Assembly (NCBI GenBank): GCA_964016885.1
Contig: OZ024741.1
Span: 140,182,001 to 140,246,000 of the forward strand
Direction of reading: 5' to 3'
DNA from: Eledone cirrhosa
Lineage: Eukaryota
Length of the DNA stretch: 64,000 bases
Shown here: in pieces, positions 25,630 to 37,340 of the stretch
Layout of the letters: every line of letters starts with the position of its first letter
Numbering within the stretch: position 1 is the first letter of the stretch
The notes under the pieces: generated by a model
Told to the model about the DNA's origin: nothing
Seen by the model: only the letters and a program-made list of their open reading frames with translations
Databases searched by the model: none
Position numbers and translations under genes: made by a program

Positions 25630-25757
25630 ATATGCCTCTATATTTTCATACTTTGAGATCCAGCCGGATCAATTCGAAACGGTTGCTTCTGACAGGATCC
25701 GATGGAAGGAGTGTTTGAGGACTCTGCCCCTACAATCCTTCCAGGAATAAGTCAGCG

Positions 25758-25790
<33 letters not shown>
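25630..25790 (+). mobile_element. Extreme 3' fragment of an RTE-type LINE with (GAA)n tail
   Basis: Reads FETVASDRIRWKECL (AxDRxxW C-terminal motif), then (GAA)n. Confidence 0.5.
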
Positions 25791-25819
<29 letters not shown>

Positions 25820-26117
25820 ATAGTGGAAGATGTCGAACCTATAAACTTCAGGTCGAAACACCTTACATGTATAAGCACTTAACAATGCCCGGATGAATTT
25901 TGATAATGGACTTGCATTTTTCAACTGTTTCCATGTTGCATGTGTACAATATATACATGATAGTCGAATAACTTAGGTGAAATAAACCTGGAGACGGAAG
26001 AATTTGGACGGACCAGACTGCGTAAATCGAATCACCTATATATATATATATATATATATATATGGATGATCATCATATATATATATATATGGATGATCAC
26101 CTATATATATATATATA

Positions 26118-27400
26118 TGGATGATCATCAACGAGATCACAGGGAGGAAGAAAAGGTGTTCGAGTCAGATCCAGGGAACGGGGCCCGAGGATAGGAAGAG
26201 GAAATGGCTCAGAGAGGGTAGATCAACCACCAGTCACATCCTGATGCTGAGGAGGATATTAGAGGGAGCTAGAGCAAAGTGCCTTCCTGCGGTCATGGTT
26301 TTCATTGACTTTAGGAAGGCCTTTGATTCTGTGGACCGTTACTGCCTGATGAAGATCTTACAGGCTTATGGAATCCCCAAGAGGATAGTGGACCTGATAT
26401 CACTGCTCTACACCAACACCAAAGCCCAAGTCATTACACCTGATGGGATGACAGAGTTCTTTGAGATACTGGCTGGAGTGCTCCAGGGAGATACATTGGC
26501 TCCCTACCGTTTTATCATCGTAGTGGACTATTGTATGCGCCTTGCACTGGAGAAACACCAGGACTCTGGCTTTACTGTAGCACCGGCTCAGAGCAGGAGA
26601 GTTGGGGCGAAAAAGGTATCGGATGCTGAATTTGCCGACGACATAGTTTTGGTGACAAATACAGTGAAGGAGGCAGAGGATTTGATGCGGGAGGTTGAGA
26701 CTGTGTCGATGAGTGTGGGGCTGAGAATGAATGAGACTAAAACAAAATATCTGGTAGAGAATGTTGAGAAGCCAGAGGGGATCACTAATGTAGGCGGGAA
26801 GCCGCTGTAATTGGTTGAGGACTTCCTGTATTTGGGAGCAAAGATTGGGAATACGGAAGATGATGTGGTTGAGAGGAAGAGCAAGGCCTGGGCGGCGTGC
26901 CACAGCTTGAGATCGGTGTGGAAGTCGGACCTTCGTAGAGACCTGAAAATCCGCCTCTTCATTGCTGTAGTGGAGTCTGTGCTGCTGTGTGGGTCTGAGA
27001 CTTGGACACTGACCAAGAGACTCACTCAGATGGTGGATGGGTGCTACACGAGAATGCTGAGGATGGCTCTGAACATTAATCAGTATACACTGAGGATGAA
27101 AAACTCAGAGCTGTATGGGAGCCTCCCAAAAGTCAGCTCAAAAGTGACACAGAGGAGACTGAGGTTGGCTGGACATGCTCACCGACATCCAGAGTTGACA
27201 TTGCACTCAGTGCTCCTTTGGGAGCCCCTACATGGACACACTGGAAGAGGAAGACCAAGGTTAACATATGTGGATGCCCTAAGGACAGACACTGGTCTGT
27301 TGGAGACGCAGGACATGGCAGCGATAATGAGGGACAGAGACCGCTGGAGAGAACTCGTCCATGGATCTCGGGAATTTTACCCGCCTTAGATAGATAGATA
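26118..27400 (+). mobile_element. 5'-truncated, internally deleted RTE-clade LINE (RT), broken at ~26810
   Basis: GRSTTSHILMLRRILE, FIDFRKAFDSV, GVLQGDTLAP, EFADDIVL, FLYLG, LRLAGH, GRGRPRLTYVD, DRDRWR; (ATAG)n tail. Confidence 0.92.
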
Positions 27401-27457
27401 TATGAGTGTGTGTGAATGTGCGTGCGTGCGTGTTTATTTGTGTATATATATATATAT

Positions 27458-27504
<47 letters not shown>

Positions 27505-27524
27505 AACAATACACATATGAATAT

Positions 27525-27705
27525 AATTATTTCTACTTTTGGCACAAGGCCAGCAATTACTTAGTACATTACTGGTATTTATTTTATCGACCTTGTAAGG
27601 ATGAAAGGCAAAGTTAACCTCGGCGGGATTTGAACTCAGACCATAAAGGGACGTAACTCTTTGCTGCAAAGCATGGCGTCCGACTCTCTACCAATACTGC
27701 CATTG
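27525..27705 (-). mobile_element. SINE family A
   Basis: Reverse complement of 17367-17550. Confidence 0.85.
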
Positions 27706-28480
27706 CCTGAAGGATAGTGGTAAATGTTAACATTAGTATTATAAATATACATATATGTGCAGAAGTTTCTCAAGTGAAATCCTGAGAGCATCTGGTTTTT
27801 ATTAGAGTAAGTTCAAAGAGAAAGGTGAAGTTTACATTAGTGTCATCTTTGAGATGTTCAGGATAGCATATCGGCTGTTGTAATAATGTTTCACAGATTA
27901 ATGTCCATAGAAAACTGCTATCAAAATTGCTTTCTTTATTTCCAGAATAACATGTTGTAACCCTGTCATATAAAGATCGATACCAAAGGTCATAAGTCAT
28001 TTTGAGCTAGAAAAGTGAACGTCAATGTTCTCAACCCAAGGAAAATATCAGATATGGTTTTGCATACCTATTATATAGATACCTTTATGCATTTGATTTA
28101 CAAAATCCTTGATGTGAGATCGTGTGTTGACAACGATATTTATATATTTGGGGAGGGTCATATTGCGAGTAATGCCAAACGAAAAGAAACACATGCACTA
28201 TATAATTTCCACTTTTTCACTTTAAATTTATTCCTTGTGATTCGTTAATTCGAACTAAAGAATAACAAGTAGATAAGATGAAGTGAAAAAGTGAAAATCA
28301 TACGGTACATGTTCCTATTTTACTGGCAATACTGGCAAAATGACCATCCTAAAATATAACTACACATATATATGGGCGCGTATATATATATATATATACA
28401 TGAAAATGTTTTCCTATTACCCACTCTACTACCCTAAGTATTGAGTAGTCTGGTGCGTTATGATCCATCTGGTTCCTTCG

Positions 28481-28515
<35 letters not shown>

Positions 28516-28598
28516 TACGTATATACATATATATATATGTGTATATGTGTATATATATGTGTATATGTGTGTGCGTGTGTGTATGTGCATTTATGTGT

Positions 28599-28678
<80 letters not shown>

Positions 28679-28764
28679 GTATACATATATGTAATACTAT
28701 TATTTACTTACGTATTATTTATTATTTACTTATTATTTATTTACATACGTACTAGGCTGGTCAA

Positions 28765-28965
28765 TGAGCAGAATTGGTAAAGCGTCGGACACCATGCTGC
28801 GGGGCGTAGAGATACGTCTCTTTACATTCTCATTTTAAATCCTGCTGAGGTTAGCTTTGCCTTTCATCATTACACGGTTGATAAAATAAAGAATCGGTAA
28901 CACGCTGGAGTCGATTAAATCGACTTTCCCTTCCCTTCAAATTGCTGGCCCAAAATACAAACATT
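28765..28965 (+). mobile_element. SINE family A (diverged)
   Basis: GCAGAATTGGTAAAGCGTCGGAC...GAGGTTAGCTTTGCCTTTCATC...GATAAAATAAAG. Confidence 0.75.
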
Positions 28966-29428
28966 TATTTACATACTGGCCGATATATAATTCTTAGATA
29001 ACGTCAGCTCGCTTTAGTGTGATCGGTATACAGCACGTGTCAATTCGCTTCTCACAGTAGATACTTGTGCACAAATTGTACACAAGTATCTGGAGTGTGT
29101 CCAGAAATTGTATACCTGTGTACAAATATGTATCTGGAATGTGTCCAGATTGTACGTACTGCAAGGGGAATTCATTAGGCTTTGCCGTATTGGAATACCT
29201 GTGCACAAATATGTATGTGCCCATCAGTGTGCAATGCCTGTGTGCGTTTATGTATGTGTCTGTGTCGGCACGTTTATATCTATAGACATCAAAAGGTATG
29301 CAAATTTGTGTATATTTGTGTTGCACCATAGAACATGTGTGTTTACGTATGTCATTGTGTTTATATGTGGGTAGAGATGTGTGCTGATGTAGGTATGTAT
29401 GTTGACGTGTGTATGTTGTGGGTTCGGC

Positions 29429-29971
29429 TTAGGGAGAAGTGTTTAGACGGGGTCCGTATTTGTTAATAAAGTAAGATTCCTTGCTGATGCGCTGGGTGTG
29501 GGTGGCATTATATTTATATTTGTAGAGGGGAAATATTCTGAAGTTGGGATGATTTTGGACAGCACAGGTATCAATGTGTTCACTCAGTGGTATATTCCTG
29601 TATCCCCGTATTTTGAATTGGGATCTATGGACAGTCATGCGTTGGCGGAGGCTGTTTTTGGTCTGGCCTATGTATTGTTCTCGGCAACCTGAGCTAGTTA
29701 ATACATATATTAGATTTTCTGATGCGCATGTGAAATTGTGTTTTACTATAAAACGTTGTCCTTCTTTGAAATAGAATTCCGAACCCTCTATTAGGTTGAT
29801 GCAAATGTCACAGTTGGGTCTATCGCATTTTCTTACTGTGGGTTTCGTTGTTGTGGTTGGCAGTACTTTGGCATGTGTTAGGATGTTTTTCATTGACTTA
29901 GATTGTCTTTTGCTCTTTATGATATCGTGTGTTCGTAGGATTTGGTTCATTCTATGGTCCTTTTTCAACAC
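29429..29971 (-). pseudogene. PLE GIY-YIG endonuclease fragment
   Basis: LIY...YIGQT, R..H, KESYFI...PRLN. Confidence 0.9.
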
Positions 29972-30870
29972 AGGGATGTTCTGGAGGATGGTGTCAAAGG
30001 CCTCATTGTTGAAGGGTTGTGTGTGGAGATGTATGGAAGACCTTTTAGTTTCGGTTGATTTACTTTAGTGTGTCTAAGGTCCTGGGTACTGAGTTTTAGG
30101 GCACGTAAGATTTCATTGTCAATTAGTGATGCAGGGTAATCCCTGCCTATGAGTGTGTCCTTTAGTTCTTGTAGCCGTAAGTAGCATGTGTTTTTATTGG
30201 AGACTATAGTACAGATTCTCTTGGCTAAGTTGTAGGGAATATTAATTTTAACGTGTTTAGGGTTGCAAGAGTTGAAAGGAAGATATTGCTTGGAGTCTGT
30301 GGGCTTGTAGTATATGTCTGTTTCTATTTTTTTGTTATGGATCTTAATGAGGATGTCGAGGAAGAGGAGTTGTTGATGGCTGTATTCCATCGTAAAGTTA
30401 ATATTCGTGTTGAGCCCATTTATAAGGGTGTGAAATTCTTTAAGTTTCTCGATGTTTTCGTGCCGAAGGATGAAGCAGTCATCTAGATATCGCTTCCAGT
30501 TCCTTTCTATGTGTAAGTGGAGAGTGTTTCCAAATTTGTTTAGGACTTTAGTATAGAGGGTGATTTCCAGGTATCCCATGACTAGGTTGGCATAAGTGGG
30601 GGCTTTTTTCGTTCCCATAGCGGTCCCAGATTTCTGCCTGTAGGGCTTGTTATTGAAAACGAAGTAATTTTTCTCCAAGATAAATTTGAGTCCCTCTATC
30701 ACGAATTCTTTTTTGATGCGTTGTGGGAGTTCATTGCGGTAATTATCCAGCCAGAATTGGATAGCTTCTATTCGTAGGTTGTGGGGTATGTTGGAGTATA
30801 GGCTGACTACATCGAACGTCACTAGTAGGGTTTGTTCAGAAAGTGGCATATTAGGGAGGTAATTGGGCAC
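29965..30870 (-). pseudogene. PLE reverse transcriptase core fragment
   Basis: ORF-track protein with DVVSLY, GTAMGT, YLDD and FLD motifs. Confidence 0.9.
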
Positions 30871-32215
30871 ATCTAGGTTGTCCCTTATATAGCTTTTGAT
30901 GTGTTTGAGAAAAGGCTTGAGAAGGGTATCAATGAAGTTGCTAAGGCGGTGGGTTTCGCAAGCGGGGCCTGCTATTATAGGTCTTAATTTGAGATCATTG
31001 GGTGAGGGGATATTGATGACTATAACTGTGGCTTCCTTGCATGCCTTACTTATTAATTGGCTTTTTATGTACTTTAGGGATACCGTAGAAAAGGCTGGAT
31101 TTACTTGTGAAGTCTGTGATGAAGCTGAATTCCTTGTTAGTGAGTCCTTCTTTGTATTGGTTGATCAGCGTTTTTAGGTTTCTCATAATTTTCTGTTGAT
31201 TGTAGTGTTCAGCCTTTTCGTAGTATGTTTCGTTTTCCAAAGTGGAGAGCGCTAAGTTGATATAGAATTCTGTCTCCATTCGGACTACTGTACGCCCTTT
31301 ATCAGCCTCTTTAATTGTAATAGTTCTGTCGGTTTTTAATCTATTTAATTCTTCCCATTATTTATTGTTGAGGTTTGGCTTGTATTTTTGTCTGTGCAAG
31401 TGTTGGTAAGGGAAGTTTGTGATGTGTTCACAGAATTCGTCCAGGATTTTATTCTACCTTTTGATGGGGTGTAATTGCTTCTATTTCTGGCTAATGATTC
31501 ATTCTCATTGTACTAGTCGAATAGTTCTTCACTGAGTTGTAACTTTCTACAGTAGTCTGTGATGTCGTCCTTCATTTCATAGTAGTTAGGACGTAGTGGG
31601 GTCGGTGTGAATTTAAGACCTTTGGAGAGTAAGTTGATAAGGTTGGGTGTTGGTTCTGCACTAGTAAGATTGATAATTTGTATTACTATCGGTTTCTCCT
31701 CCCTGTCTTGTGTTATTTTGTTTGCCTGTATCTGTGTGCTGTGTCTAAAAAATGGTTGGGGTAGAGGGGTTGTCTGCTGATGTTAAGTGGTCTTCTGTGT
31801 TTGTTATATTCCTTGTTGTTGTAAAATGTGGTTCGGGTTGGTGGTTGTAGATTGAATGGGGTGTTCCTGTACTGCATGTATGGGTGTGTGTTTCTATGTG
31901 CCATGTTGGATCGTGGTGTTATAGGTGGCCTACGTTGTTGGTTGTATCGTGTGGTGTGGGTTTGTTCTGTATTGTGGAAGCGAGAGTTGAGAAAATGGAA
32001 ATTACCTTGCTGTCCCCTTGAAGCGGGGAAGTTGTTACATCTATCATGGTGGTGGTATCTTTTCCCTATGTTTGACGATGAGGCATCCGCGTAGTAGTTG
32101 AGTGATTTGGTATGGTGTCTCCTTGAAGGGGCAAAGTTGTAAATGTCATTCTGGGGGAGATGATTTCTAGGGTTTTTGTTCCTTCTTATGGTAGCGAGGT
32201 TGGGAAGTTCATCTT

Positions 32216-33171
32216 CATTGATACCTGTGCCGCCCAAAATCATCCCAACTTCAGAATCATTCCCCTCTACAAATTTAAAGATAATGCCACCCACACCCAG
32301 CGCATCAGCAAGGAATCTTACTTTATTAACAAATACGGACCCCGTCTAAACACTTCTCCCTAAGACGAACCCACAACATACACACGTCAACACACATGTT
32401 CTATGGTGCAACACAAATATACACAAATTTGCATACCTTTTGATGTCTATAGATATAAACGTGCCGACAGACACACATACATAAACGCACACATGCATTG
32501 CACACTGATGGGCACATACATATTTGTGCACAGGTATTCCAATACGGCAAAGCCTAATGAATTCCCCTTGCAGTACGTACAATCTGGACACATTCCAGAT
32601 ACATATTTGTACACAGGTATGCAATTTCTGGACACACTCCAGATACATATGTACAATTTGTGCACAAGTATACAATTTGTGCACAGGTATACAATTTCTG
32701 GACATACTCCAGATACATATTTGTGCACAGGTATTCCAATACGGCAAGGCCTAATGGATCCCACTTGCAGTACGTACAATCTGGACACACACAGACACTC
32801 ACACACACCTTGGTGTTATGCCAATACTATATATCATTTCACACCTTTTATTATTAAGGTTTTTGATGTTCTATTGAGAGAATCGATTTTACTGAAAATA
32901 TCGAATAAGGTACACCATGTTACCAGAAAAATAATACTGGTCCACCCACACACACACACACACACATTCTCACACACACATATATATACACACACATACA
33001 CACGAGTACATTAACATACAAATAGACATACCCCCCTCCCCGCCACACACACACACACACACTTCTCCGTATAAGACAAGAGCTGAAAAATATCTTTTAA
33101 CATGTTAAAATATCCCCCACACACTTACAGACACATTCCTACTGACCATCCCTCTACCACGAATTACTCTG

Positions 33172-33207
<36 letters not shown>

Positions 33208-33718
33208 TTGTCTTAATAGGCATTTGAACTGTCAAAAGGCTGCGGTTCGCACACACATCCCTGCTGACCATTATCACAACAACGAACTTCTTTACTACTA
33301 CTACACACACACACACACATATTTGTTGTGAAAGACTTATTTCTCAGTCATCCGACACAAACCTACATTTGGCGCAAAATCAATTTTTTACATTCACATG
33401 ACCTCTACCGACCAATCAAAATTGTTTTGACCACAAGAATTTTTGCAACACGAATTGGCGCAAAATTTATTTTAATACCACTGGAGCCACTTTTTTAACA
33501 TAAAAACAGGTAGAATTCCCAAAACTAATCAGATTAGAGCAAACATCACGGACGCTCTATCTCAAAATTATTTTTGAAAAGCATTAGAAATGCGCAACCG
33601 GTAAAACTTAAATCCAAAACTGAATACTAACCAATACTATTACTAATTCTCACTTATTCCTAATTAAACTATTTTTCACTGTGAACAATTTGTCAGCATT
33701 TTCTATTCCGTTCACCAA
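32216..33718 (+). mobile_element. Inverted pLTR of the same PLE: EN tail, internal ~30-45-bp repeats, 3' UTR and terminal HHR
   Basis: 32216-~32680 mirrors ~29050-29575 with scattered substitutions; GGCGCAAAA/ACCAATCA motifs shared with 51.1-51.9 kb; ends in (TA)n/(TG)n. Confidence 0.85.
33571..33606 (+). ncRNA. Minimal hammerhead, U3-A8 core, A13C (probably inactive)
   Basis: TTT-TTGAAAA-GCATT AGA AATGC-GCAAC CG GTA-AAA. Confidence 0.6.
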
Positions 33719-33734
33719 TATATATATATATATA

Positions 33735-33843
<109 letters not shown>

Positions 33844-34044
33844 GCGTTGCATGGTGGTGGGCTCCCGTAACTCCCTTTCCAATTGTAGCGGAGCCGTAGT
33901 GGCATACGGCATTTCTTGGGTACATTGAAGCCTAGCAGAGCCCATCCATCTGCAGGTCTGAACACAGCAGATGTCTTCCAGAGAAGGATAGAAGACGAGA
34001 GCAGGGAATTGAAAAAGCGACCCTAGTACTAGACTGGTACTTTT

Positions 34045-34165
34045 TTTTAATCGACATCGAGATGATGAAAGGTAACGTTGACCTCGGTAGGATTTGAGAG
34101 CAGAGAACAAGAATGAATACTAGATATCATTCTATCCGACATTCTAACGACTCCGCCAATTCTCT
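34045..34165 (-). mobile_element. SINE family A, 5' part
   Basis: GATGAAAGGTAACGTTGACCTCGGTAGGATTTGA...TCCGACATTCTAACGACTCCGCCAATTC. Confidence 0.7.
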
Positions 34166-34261
34166 GCTTGTTACACACAGACACAAACACACACACACAC
34201 ATGCACGCACACACACACACGCACAGACACATATATATATATATACAGACATACACACATT

Positions 34262-37035
34262 CGGGTGGTTCAGGGGTTTGGTCGTCTAATGTCGACCCGG
34301 GGACGACGACATCGTTCGGCACACCCTGAATGACCAAGCACCTTTCTCTAGGGTCAGCACTACTTGCTCCGCATAGAGACATGTCTAGAAACGATGGCCT
34401 AACAAAGCTTGTCTCCTGCACCACTCAGTTGGCAAATCGCTGTCAACGGGCATTTTCTCATGCGGTCTAAAAATATTAAGGAAGAAAAGGTACTTATCCA
34501 CATGCAAGAGTGATTAAAAATCGCATGCTGGAACACTAAAATCGTGCTGTACACAGCAATCGGCCAGTACGTTAATCTGCTCTAATTGCCCACTATTACT
34601 AAAGCCCACTTTTTAGAGGAAGGCAACCTACCAAAGCATGGCACCAGATACATCCTCTACTGGTTAGGCAAACGAGCAGCATTTAGATTCATTTCAGGAG
34701 TGGGTTTCATTACCAGAAACTCTATCGCTTCCAAACTTGAAAACCTGCCAACTGGTTATTCTCACCGCAACATCTCTATGTGCCTCCCATTAAGTAATCT
34801 GCAATATTCTCCACTCTTCAGTGTGTAATCCCCTACAATTCAAGCAGATCCTGCAGAAAAAATAACAGGTTTTACTCCGATCAGCACAAGGACAGTTTGA
34901 AAACAACATCATTTATTATATTCTAGTGTGCCGATGTGACATAAAATACATCTTTCATACTAGAGTGATGCCCAGTACGGAATGTCAAACCGACCATTGT
35001 CTCGATCGGTGCAAACTGAAGCTACACTTTAAACCCAAATCAAAAATAGGAACTCCATCAGCCAGGAAAATGTTCACGGTTTAGCAGTTTTCGATCAGCT
35101 GAGCTGAAAGCTAACTTCCTGACATCCCTTTAAATAAGGGTGATGATCCTAGCTTTCTCACAGATCCCTCTCCAGAAACACTTTTCGAACATCTAAAAAA
35201 TACCATTTTGCAGACTTCTGGGGAAAGAGGAGATTTAGGAGTATGGGTGCCCTGCACTACACGTGAAACTCCAGGAGTGTTTCGTATGTTGCTGGGAGCA
35301 GGACAGTCTGTCATAAGATATCTGTGCTGCAGTAATCATCACCCTGCACCAGAACAAATCGTAAAAGTCAGACTACTGAAATTACCGGGCATTACTCTGC
35401 TTACTGTTGCGGGAAAAATCCTCGCAAGGATGTTGCTAAACAGGTTGGTACCTACGATCACAGAAAAACACCTCCAAGAGAGCCAGTGTGGCTTCAGAAT
35501 GAACAAGAACACCACAGGCATAGTATTTGTACTTAGGTAGCTCCATGAGAATGGAGGTTTTGGTATAGGCTTGTAGTCGACGAAGATAGATCAGGCAGCC
35601 ACCAAGACGGTATCCGATGTAGACACCGTCCTCGTCATCAAGATCTTTTGTGGCCTGCTTCAGCATCATTCTGAAGAAGATGCTGAAGAGAGTTGTTACC
35701 AGGACGCAACCTAGCTTCACTCCCTAGATGGCCGAGAAAGACTCTGAGTAGACACTGCTGAGTCTGACTTGTCCACATTATTTTTCTTGTAGCTGCAAGC
35801 CCATTTTCAGGAACGTTGGGAGACAGCTAAGTCGTTCCATAATCTGTCATATTCCTTTTCCTCTCACTAGATCAACTGCTTTATTCGAGTCAACCAACGC
35901 CATATACAGCCCTTTATTTTGCTATCGGTATAGCAAAATAAAGGGCTGTATATTATTTTGCTATCGGTATAGCAAAATAAAGGGCTGTATATGGCGTTGG
36001 TTGACTCGAATAAAGCAGTTGATCTAGTGAGAGCAAAGGAATATGACAGATTATGGAACGACTGAGCTGTCTCCCAACGTTCCTGAAAATGGGCTTGCAG
36101 CTACAAGAAAAATAATGTGGACAAGTCAGACTCAGCAGTGTCTACTCAGAGTCTTTCTCGGCCATCTAGGGAGTGAAGCTAGGTTGCGTCCTGGTAACAA
36201 CTCTCTTCAGCATCTTCTTCAGAATGATGCTGAAGCAGGCCACAACAGATCTTGATGACGAGGACGGTGTCTACATCGGATACCGTTTTGGGTGGAAGCT
36301 TGATCTATCTTCGTCGACTACAAGCCTATACCAAAACCTGTAACACCTGAACCGAGACCTCCTCTTTGCCGACTATGCTGCTCTTGTTATCCACACAGAA
36401 AGAGCCTTGCATGGAAACACTTCTTGCTTCGCGGAGGCTTCCCACTTGTTTGGACTGGAAGTAAGCGTAAAGAAAACGGAGGTACTCCAGTAGCTTGCAC
36501 CCTACCCCATTAGTTCACGTACCTAGGGTGCATCATCACATCAGATGCCAAAATCGACGGAAATCAGCAACAGCCAGGCAAAGGCCAGCAGTGCATTTGA
36601 CAGATTGTACAAACGCGTGTGGAGCAATAAACACCCGAAGAAAGGACCAAGATCAGAGTGTACAGAGCCATAGTCCTTACCACTCTCCTATATATCTCAC
36701 AGTCATAGGTAACTTATTGCCACCACCTTCGACCCCTCGAGCTCTTCCCCCAGCGTCGCTTCCGCAACATCCTTAACATCCCTGGAGAGACTTTATCAGC
36801 GATATTGAAGTCTTTGTACGGGCGAAAAGCACCAGTGTCGAGGCGATTCTGCTGAAGTTCCCACTACATTGGGCAGGGCATGTCTCCAGGGTGAAGGATC
36901 TTCGCTTGCCCATGATCACTCTGTACGGCGATCCTTTCAGTGGTCATCGTGACAGGGTGACCAGGAAGCGATGCAAGGATTGTTTGAAAGAATGCCTTGG
37001 TACCTGTCACATCGACCATCACCAGTGGTCCTCAC
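34262..37035 (+). mobile_element. Decayed RTE (BovB-like) LINE: 5' UTR, APE endonuclease and RT, with deletions and an internal inverted duplication
   Basis: YILYWLGK...SGVGF, ECQTDH, GITLLTVAGKILARMLLNRL...ESQCGFR, KLGCVLVTTLFSIFF, LLFAD, LHWAGHVSRVKDLRLP. Confidence 0.88.
35555..36339. repeat. Inverted duplication inside the RTE RT (~370-bp arms) with a 39-bp direct duplication at the tip
   Basis: 35555-35925 is the reverse complement of ~35969-36339; TATTTTGCTATCGGTATAGCAAAATAAAGGGCTGTATAT at 35915-35953 and 35954-35992. Confidence 0.9.
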
Positions 37036-37059
37036 CATACATACATACAGACACATATA

Positions 37060-37340
37060 CGTTACGGTTTCGAGTAATGCCATCGCATGCTATATAAGCA
37101 TGAGCATCACGGACAGTGGCTTTTTAGTCCTGCTAGACTTGCCTATGTCCGGCAATGTCACGCATCGCAAAGAATGTCACATATCAAGCGATGCCTGTAC
37201 TCGAAGCTTTATTAAGTGAGGAAAGACTTTGCACGGGATCTATCCCTCTCTCTGAACATCGAATGTAATTACCCAAAAAGTAGAACTGGGCTACATCGCT
37301 TAATTAAAAGTCGTTTTATATATAGTAACCTTCGTCTAGA
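37060..37340. repeat. Unclassified ~280-bp dispersed repeat with internal inverted repeat (copy 1)
   Basis: Aligns to 53555-53830; TTCGAGTA.TGCCATCGCATGCTATAT vs ATATCAAGCGATGCCTGTACTCGAA. Confidence 0.7.

Larger units (their letters stand above)
29030..32212 (-). mobile_element. Near-full-length Neptune-like PLE, disrupted by stops and frameshifts
   Basis: LLSKGLKFTPTP, IKEADKG, RPIIAGPACETH, FDVVSLYSNIP, QKSGTAMGT, RYLDDCF, YYKPTDSKQYL, CDRPNCDIC, NLIYVL...QYIGQT...RQRMTVH. Confidence 0.93.

Noticed and set aside
29429-32212. Selenocysteine recoding as in Naiad PLEs
   Set aside because: The endonuclease is C-terminal, and the breaks I could read are frameshifts or TAA/TAG rather than TGA at Cys positions.
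31713-32294. 193-aa ORF as a separate gene
   Set aside because: Its start lies in the inverted pLTR; the rest is N-terminal PLE sequence.
32500-32790. Short recurring units that superficially resemble a CRISPR array
   Set aside because: Degenerate tandem units without unique spacers inside a eukaryotic PLE UTR; no cas genes.
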